From contig CAAERO010000005.1 of NCBI GenBank assembly GCA_900758495.1, positions 16,189-80,188 on the forward strand: DNA of 64,000 nucleotides, in the 5' to 3' direction. Shown here in pieces: positions 58,559 through 64,000 of this stretch (positions are counted from its first letter, which is position 1; each line of letters starts with the position of its first letter). This DNA comes from Bacilli bacterium (lineage in GTDB: Bacteria > Bacillota_I > Bacilli_A > RF39 > UBA660). A program made the translations under genes and the position numbers. The notes under the pieces are model-generated. The model was not told where the DNA came from. It made no database searches and worked only from the letters and a program-made list of their open reading frames with translations.

Positions 58559-59255
58559 AAGGAGGTTATTTTTTGTTAAATAGATATGTGCAAAAAAATA
58601 TGATATTATTTCACTGTTTGTGCACAAGAAAACTGTTCAGTTGTATAAAAAAATAAAGACACTTATTAAAGAAGATAGATAGTACTAACAAAAGTGAAGA
58701 AAATGTTGAATTATTTAAGTCAAGAATTATAGAAACAGAAAAAGCACATCCAAGAAAGTCTAATAATTTATATGTATTTGGTCAAGAATCACAAATAGAT
58801 ATTTGTCAAAAAGTTCGGTTTAGTGGTACTCCCTCGTTTTTACACTTAGCAGTTGATAAGGCTACAATGTGGAAAGAGAAAATAAAACATTTAAAGATAG
58901 ACTAATTGCTGAATTAAGATATATGAATATAACCAATATTGATGAATCAATAAATATTTAAATGAAGTATTTATACCTAAAATGAATAGAATTTTTTTTC
59001 TTATGCTATTGATGAAAAAAACAACATTGATGAGAAGAAATTCTTATACAAAAGAAGAATTAAAATTAATTATTTAAGAAAGAAAAGAAAAAATAATAGA
59101 TAATACATCATGTATAAGTTAGAACAAAAAATATTATATTCCATTAAATTTATAAACTGGAGAGACAACTAATTTTAAAAGAGGGACAAAATATACTTTG
59201 ATAATTGATTATGATGGTAAGTTATTACAACATGTTAAAACTTAAAAATAGAGAT
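58559..59255 (+). pseudogene. heavily decayed rve-type (ISNCY/IS1202-like?) transposase
   Basis: The plus-strand frame reads ..AHPRKSNNLYVFGQESQIDICQKVRFSGTPSFLHLAVDKAT... This resembles the H.R....G...Q.D.S...WF....L...IDDAT block. Later come ..NEVFIPKMN..F.YAI and a C-terminal ..YIPLNL.TGETTNFKRGTKYTLIIDYDGKLL. There are many stops and frameshifts. Confidence 0.4.
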
Positions 59256-60332
59256 TCTGTTATAAAAAAATAAGAAACAGCCTGTTTCTTACATTAGTAA
59301 AAATTTTCAATAATTTATGGAACAATTAACTTAAAAAAATAGAAAAATAAAAGATTAAATACATTGCCAATAATATGAAAAAGACATTACTTATCTGAAT
59401 GTAGTAATGTCTCACTATGAAGGAATAAATGTATATAGAAATTGAAAATAAAAAATTGAGTATTTTAATTACACCATTAATCTAAATTGTAACTTTCATT
59501 TTTGAATATTACCCATAATAGATTAAAAAACACTTTATTAATTAATTATTGACTTATTTAATATCTATAAACATGAGAACTATTTAAGCCTAGTTTTTAT
59601 TAAAAGTAAAAAAATTTTACAAGTAAAAAAGAAGTAAGCAAAAAAATCGCCCAGATGCCAACTTCTTTTTCAAACACAAATCTAGAAAGTTTAAATTTAA
59701 ACTTTCAATTAAGATTTGCTAACTAAATTATAACAAATAATTTGCTTTTTGAAAACTAGTAATGGAAAATTTAAAGATTTTTTTGTATTTATTAAGTTTT
59801 ATGAATAAAAAAAATAATACCCAAGCTGGTTTTTCTTTTGTTTTGTAAGGTAATTAGATAGTAACAGCTAACAATACAAATAGAAAAACAAACAAAAAAA
59901 TTCTAATTATATATGAATTTAAGTCATAAATAAGGATACAAAGAAAAATCAAAAAAAGAGATAAACAACTCATAATAAATTTCGATTAAAAAAGCATTAA
60001 TTAAATATAAATTAAGTATATATTGAATAGTATGAATTTAAACAAGGAAATAAACACTAAAAAAAGCAAAAAAATTTTATATTATTTATTTATCTTTAAA
60101 TCTGAGTAAAAAAACTCAGATTTAAAAATAAAATATCAGGTGATTATGGGAGAGAGTATGCATATAAAATAATACTTTGCTAACTCTTTAATAATTAGTT
60201 TTTGTTTTATGTATGATATTTTTTTTAATATTACTGTCGTTTTAGTCTTGACACTTTTTCCTCAGAATTTTTGTTCAATAGCTTTATGTCATACTTTATT
60301 CTATTTATTTTCACATTTTTTCCTTCCTATTT

Positions 60333-60348
60333 TGTTTCACATGAAACA
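60333..60348. promoter_or_regulatory. parS-like site, 1 mismatch (TGTTTCACATGAAACA)
   Basis: Read directly from the sequence, unit 1. Confidence 0.6.
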
Positions 60349-60364
60349 TATTATTTATTATTTT

Positions 60365-60380
60365 TATTTCCTTGGAAATA
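60365..60380. promoter_or_regulatory. degenerate NBS-like site (TATTTCCTTGGAAATA)
   Basis: Read directly from the sequence, unit 1. There are two core mismatches. Confidence 0.4.
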
Positions 60381-60408
60381 TTTTTTCCACAGTTTTGCTT
60401 TCCTATTT

Positions 60409-60424
60409 TGTTTTACGTGAAACA
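60409..60424. promoter_or_regulatory. parS-like site, 1 mismatch (TGTTTTACGTGAAACA)
   Basis: Read directly from the sequence, unit 2. Confidence 0.6.
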
Positions 60425-60440
60425 TATTATTTATTATGTT

Positions 60441-60456
60441 TATTTTCCAGGAAATA
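60441..60456. promoter_or_regulatory. degenerate NBS-like site (TATTTTCCAGGAAATA)
   Basis: Read directly from the sequence, unit 2. There are two mismatches. Confidence 0.4.
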
Positions 60457-60484
60457 TTTTTTTCACATTTTTGCTTTCCTTTTT

Positions 60485-60500
60485 TGTTTCACGTGAAACA
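60485..60500. promoter_or_regulatory. perfect consensus parS (TGTTTCACGTGAAACA)
   Basis: Read directly from the sequence, unit 3. It is a perfect 16-bp palindrome. Confidence 0.8.
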
Positions 60501-60516
60501 TATTATTTATTATGTT

Positions 60517-60532
60517 TATTTCCCGGGAAATA
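60517..60532. promoter_or_regulatory. perfect consensus Noc-binding site (TATTTCCCGGGAAATA)
   Basis: Read directly from the sequence, unit 3. It is a perfect 16-bp palindrome. Confidence 0.75.
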
Positions 60533-60560
60533 TTTTTTTCACATTTTTGCTTTCCTATTT

Positions 60561-60576
60561 TGTTTCACGTGAAACA
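60561..60576. promoter_or_regulatory. perfect consensus parS
   Basis: Read directly from the sequence, unit 4. Confidence 0.8.
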
Positions 60577-60592
60577 TATTATTTATTATGTT

Positions 60593-60608
60593 TATTTCCC
60601 GGGAAATA
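60593..60608. promoter_or_regulatory. perfect consensus Noc-binding site
   Basis: Read directly from the sequence, unit 4. Confidence 0.75.
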
Positions 60609-60635
60609 TTTTTTTCACATTTTGTTTTCCTTTTT

Positions 60636-60651
60636 TGTTTCACGTGAAACA
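60636..60651. promoter_or_regulatory. perfect consensus parS
   Basis: Read directly from the sequence, unit 5. Confidence 0.8.
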
Positions 60652-60667
60652 TATTATTTATTATGTT

Positions 60668-60683
60668 TATTTCCCGGGAAATA
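60668..60683. promoter_or_regulatory. perfect consensus Noc-binding site
   Basis: Read directly from the sequence, unit 5. Confidence 0.75.
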
Positions 60684-60711
60684 TTTTTTCCACAGTTTTG
60701 CTTTCCTATTT

Positions 60712-60727
60712 TGTTTTACGTGAAACA
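60712..60727. promoter_or_regulatory. parS-like site, 1 mismatch (TGTTTTACGTGAAACA)
   Basis: Read directly from the sequence, unit 6. Confidence 0.6.
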
Positions 60728-60743
60728 TATTATTTATTATGTT

Positions 60744-60759
60744 TATTTCCCGGGAAATA
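60744..60759. promoter_or_regulatory. perfect consensus Noc-binding site
   Basis: Read directly from the sequence, unit 6. Confidence 0.75.
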
Positions 60760-60784
60760 TTTTTTCCACAGTTTTGATTTTATT

Positions 60785-61793
60785 TTTGCTGTTTATCTGT
60801 TTTATATTATTTTCACTACAATAATCTAAATTTTTTTTTCAAAATATGCACCATCACCAATTATTGCTTCAATTTCAATTCCAGTATTTTCACTTTTTTC
60901 TATTAAATTAATAAGTTCTGTTCCATCGTATTTTTCACCAGTAGTAATAGTGGACAGCGATAATTATTCTTTCTGGTGTCATGGCTATATGTGTTTTGTA
61001 ACCAAAAAATGATGTATCAGCAGTTTTATGTCCTACTTTTGCATCTTGATTTTTTGAATATTCTAGTTCTATTTCTGTATCATTCATAGTTTCTTCTAAA
61101 TAATCTATTTGTTCTTTTATGCCTGGAAGTGCAGTGAATCTTCCATCATCTTTAACAATTTGCAATAGTTCTTTTGTATAATCAATTTGATTCTCCAACA
61201 ATCCTGTCGTTTCTCTTTTTATAGGCATTTTGTCATGCATGGATTCATCTATTTTATATATTGAATTTCTTAGTTCTTTAGCTTGTCTTATTAGTTCTTC
61301 TATTGGCGATATATGGTGAAACATAGTATTTGTATGAGTTGAGTCAACTATAATTTTATTTTTAACTTCTATCAAACCTTTTTCTAATGCATCTCTACAG
61401 TTTTATTGATTAATTTATCCATTAGATTTTCTTCTTCATCTTTTAATCTTTCTCGGCGAAAAACAGTTAATAAACTTGGATTAATTAACTTTGTTTCTTT
61501 TGGATCATAACCTAAAAAATACTTAAATAACAAATCTGTCTGAGTTCTTTCTACTAAACCTCTGTCAGATAATTTGAAATATGATTTCAGTAACAAATAT
61601 TTAAACATTCCTATTACAGCTCCACTTGTTCTTCCCATTGTTAAAGAATATTTATCTTTTAGTTCTTCATACACAAATGAAAAGTCTATCATATCGTTTA
61701 ATTGTTTCCAAAAATTGTCTTATTTAATTAATATATCGTATAATTCTGTATGTTTACTAAAGTTCAACTCTAACTGATTTGTTCTTTTTAACA
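60785..61793 (-). mobile_element. IS1182/IS5-type transposase pseudogene, 3'-truncated where it meets the repeat array
   Basis: N-terminal MLKRTNQLELNFSKH..*, then the DUF772-like block (FKYLLLKSYFKLSDRGLVERTQTDLLFKYFLG), then DSTH, GYKTHIAMT, and after frameshifts ..TTGEKYDGTELINLIEKSENTGIEIEAIIGDGAYF..NLDYCSENNIKQI. At least 4 stops or frameshifts are present. No terminal inverted repeats were identified. Confidence 0.65.
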
Positions 61794-61833
61794 TATTTAT
61801 CACCATAATTCTTACAGACATATTATTTATATC

Positions 61834-61869
61834 AAAATAAAAAGACTACTGAAATATTTACAGTAATCT
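61834..61869 (-). terminator. rho-independent terminator after gyrA
   Basis: The minus strand reads AGATTACTG-TAAATATTT-CAGTAGTCT followed by TTTTATTTT. Confidence 0.55.
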
Positions 61870-61892
61870 ACATAAACTTTTTCAGCAGCTTC

Positions 61893-64000
61893 TTATTCAG
61901 TTTCTATTTTTTCTTCTTTATCTACTATAGCAATAGTTGCTACTTTCTGATTTTCTTTCAAATTAATTAGTCTATTACCCTGTGTGGCCCTTTTTAAAGT
62001 AGCAATCTGATTCAATGGCATTCTCATAATAATTCCGCTATCTGTGACTATCATTATATCAAGTTTATCAACTATTAATGGATCAACATATTTTAATGTT
62101 ACCATACTTCCATTTTTGTCTGTAATGTTTAATGCCTTAACTCCTTTACTGCCCCTATGAGTTAATCTATACTCATCTATTGTAGTCTTTTTGCCATAAC
62201 CATTTTCTGTAACAATTAAAATTTCTTCACCTGGATTTATAATTTCGGTGCTTACTACTTCACTATTATCAGATAAATCGATTCCCTTTACACCAGAAGT
62301 TCCTCTACCCATGGATCTAATTTCTGATTCTTTAAATCTTACCATTCGCCCATTATTTGTTCCTATGACTACTTCATCGCTTCCAGTAGTTTTTCTCACA
62401 GATATCAATTCATCACCATCTTTTAAGACTATTGAAATCTTTCCACTTTTTCTAATGTTATTAAATTCATCTATTGGTGTTCTTTTAACTAATCCTTGTT
62501 TAGTAGAAAATAGTAAGTATTTAATTCTGTCTTCATTAGAATCCAATTCTAACATGGAACGTATGTTTTCTTTTTTTTCTAATGATAATAAATTAACTAT
62601 AGGTATACCTTTAGATTGTCTACTAAATTCTGGTATTTCATATCCTTTTAATCTATATACTTTTCCATTATTTGAGAAAAATAATAAATAATCATGGGTT
62701 TTCATAGGAATTACTTGCTCTACAAAGTCTTCATCATTAGTTGACATTCCTTTAATGCCCACTCCACCTCTATTTTGACTTCTATATGTATCTGATTTAA
62801 TTCTTTTAATATATCCTTTATTAGTTAATGTTACAATTATATCATCTACTGGTATTAAGGACTCATCTTCAATATATTCGATTGCAGTCATATCAATATT
62901 AGTTCTTCGTTCATCTGCATATTTTTCTTTTATTTCTAATAATTCTTCTTTGATAACTTTAAGAATATTTTCATCACTACTTAGTACTTCTTTTAACTTT
63001 TCTATTGTTTTTAATAATTCATCTAGTTCAGATTCTATTTTTTCTCTCTCAAGACCTGTCAATCTTCTTAATTTCATTTCTAAAATAGAATTAGCTTGAA
63101 TTTCTGTTAAACCAAATTGATTGATTAGACCTGTTCTGGCCTCATCATCTGTTTTAGAAGCACGAATCAATTTTATAACAGCATCAATGTGATCCAGAGC
63201 TATTTTTAAGCCTTCTAAAATATGAACTCTTTTCTCAGCAACATCTAAATCATACTTAGTTCTACGGATTATTACTTCCTTTTGATAATCAATATACTTA
63301 ACTATAATATCTCTTAAGCCTAATGTCTTAGGTACACCTTGATCTAGCATTAAAAATATTATTCCATATGTAGTTTGAAAAGCTGTATGTTTAAATAATT
63401 TATTCAATACTACTTGAGCATTAGCATCTTTTTTTAACGTAATAGTTATCTTTATGCCATTCTTTAAATCAGAATGATAATCAGAAATTCCCTCAATTGT
63501 TTTATTATGAACAAGTTCTGCCACTTTATTCTTTAATTCAAGTGTATTAACTCCATATGGAACTTCGTCTATTATTATATATTGACGACCATTTTTTTCT
63601 TCAATAGTAGCCTTACTTCTTATAGTAATAGAACCACGTCCAGTTTCATATGCCTTTCTGATTCCACTATTGCCAAGTATATTAGCTCCAGTTGGAAAGT
63701 CTGGTCCCTTAATATACTGCATTAATTCGTCTAAAGTTATATCGTGGTTATCAATATAGGCAACACATCCATCTATAACTTCACCTAAATTATGTGGTGG
63801 TATATTGGTAGCCATTCCTACTGCTATACCAGTTGTTCCATTAACCAAAATATTTGGAAATCTAGATGGTAAGACTTCTGGCTCTTTTGTTGTTTCATCA
63901 AAGTTTGGTATAAAATTAACAGTGTTCTTATTAATATTTCTTAACAATTCAAGTGAAATCTTTGATAATCTTGTTTCAGTATAACGCATTGCAGCAGCAC
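61893..64000 (-). CDS. gyrA: DNA gyrase subunit A, C-terminal ~700 aa (N-terminus beyond the right edge)
   Basis: The frame is open to the window edge (..AAAMRYTETRLSKI, the hallmark GyrA segment just after the catalytic Tyr region). GyrA-box/beta-pinwheel repeats follow (QNRGGVGIKG...). Confidence 0.95.
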   Translation of the reverse strand, partial: AAAMRYTETRLSKISLELLRNINKNTVNFIPNFDETTKEPEVLPSRFPNILVNGTTGIAVGMATNIPPHNLGEVIDGCVAYIDNHDITLDELMQYIKGPDFPTGANILGNSGIRKAYETGRGSITIRSKATIEEKNGRQYIIIDEVPYGVNTLELKNKVAELVHNKTIEGISDYHSDLKNGIKITITLKKDANAQVVLNKLFKHTAFQTTYGIIFLMLDQGVPKTLGLRDIIVKYIDYQKEVIIRRTKYDLDVAEKRVHILEGLKIALDHIDAVIKLIRASKTDDEARTGLINQFGLTEIQANSILEMKLRRLTGLEREKIESELDELLKTIEKLKEVLSSDENILKVIKEELLEIKEKYADERRTNIDMTAIEYIEDESLIPVDDIIVTLTNKGYIKRIKSDTYRSQNRGGVGIKGMSTNDEDFVEQVIPMKTHDYLLFFSNNGKVYRLKGYEIPEFSRQSKGIPIVNLLSLEKKENIRSMLELDSNEDRIKYLLFSTKQGLVKRTPIDEFNNIRKSGKISIVLKDGDELISVRKTTGSDEVVIGTNNGRMVRFKESEIRSMGRGTSGVKGIDLSDNSEVVSTEIINPGEEILIVTENGYGKKTTIDEYRLTHRGSKGVKALNITDKNGSMVTLKYVDPLIVDKLDIMIVTDSGIIMRMPLNQIATLKRATQGNRLINLKENQKVATIAIVDKEEKIETE

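Larger units (their letters stand above)
60290..60790. repeat. tandem array of six ~76-bp units (plus a partial leading unit), each carrying one parS-type and one NBS-type palindrome
   Basis: parS-type sites start at 60333, 60409, 60485, 60561, 60636 and 60712 (periods 76, 76, 76, 75, 76). NBS-type sites start exactly 32 bp after each parS-type site. Confidence 0.95.

Noticed and set aside
59268-59292. A hairpin (AAGAAACAG-C-CTGTTTCTT) flanked by an A-run, considered as a terminator.
   Set aside because: The loop is too small for a standard intrinsic terminator. No intact gene ends nearby on the strand that would carry the T-run. It is probably a relic associated with the dead transposase.
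60290-60790. A CRISPR array interpretation of the regularly spaced repeats.
   Set aside because: The units are contiguous and nearly identical throughout, with no unique spacers between repeats. There are no cas genes or leader in the window, and the 76-bp period with two internal palindromes does not fit CRISPR architecture.
60209-60829. Four overlapping plus-strand ORFs (95, 66, 95 and 105 aa) with repeated FVSRETYYLLCLFPGKYFFH peptides.
   Set aside because: They are simply translations of the 76-bp tandem repeat. They are periodic, low-complexity and mutually overlapping in different frames, and they have no RBS. The DNA palindromes explain the conservation better than coding does.

Overview
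This is a visibly AT-rich, Firmicutes-type chromosomal segment from the origin-proximal region, with partial gyrA at the right edge. All identifications rest on motif and family recognition by eye; no searches were run. About 75 supported genes all lie on the minus strand. Read right to left they follow the classic Bacillus-like origin-flank order: gyrA, a short SRP RNA, tadA, dnaX, ybaB, recR, bofA, holB, ricT, a methyltransferase, rsmI, pth, mfd, spoVT, metG with a T-box leader, tatD, rsmA, yabG, veg, spoVG, yabP, yabQ, divIC, tilS, ftsH, mscL, dusB, lysS, a clpC-like gene, secA, prfB with its programmed +1 frameshift, and ftsE/ftsX. Three regions interrupt this backbone. (1) At 60290-60790 there is a tandem array of six ~76-bp units. 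Each unit carries a consensus ParB parS palindrome (TGTTTCACGTGAAACA) and, 32 bp away, a consensus Noc-binding palindrome (TATTTCCCGGGAAATA). The array abuts a truncated IS1182-type transposase pseudogene and is the most unusual signal in the window. (2) At 38261-43560 there is a SipW (ER/archaeal-type signal peptidase) locus. It has three tandem, individually promoted and terminated paralogues of a ~200-aa secreted protein with SipW-type signal peptides, plus more divergent family members and three small membrane proteins. It looks like an uncharacterised TasA-like fibre or surface system. (3) A ~14-kb accessory island (3414-17576) splits the usually adjacent secA-prfB pair. It holds four GNATs, a TetR plus methyltransferase, a bile-salt hydrolase, HAD and NUDIX genes, and several decayed genes. 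It also contains four degenerate orphan copies of the secA SEC-C tail, each with a terminator. Further oddities are a LysRS carrying the tRNA-binding domain that MetRS here lacks, a paralogous pair of unknown genes inside the mscL-dusB-lysS string, and a long direct repeat flanking the HAD-NUDIX module.
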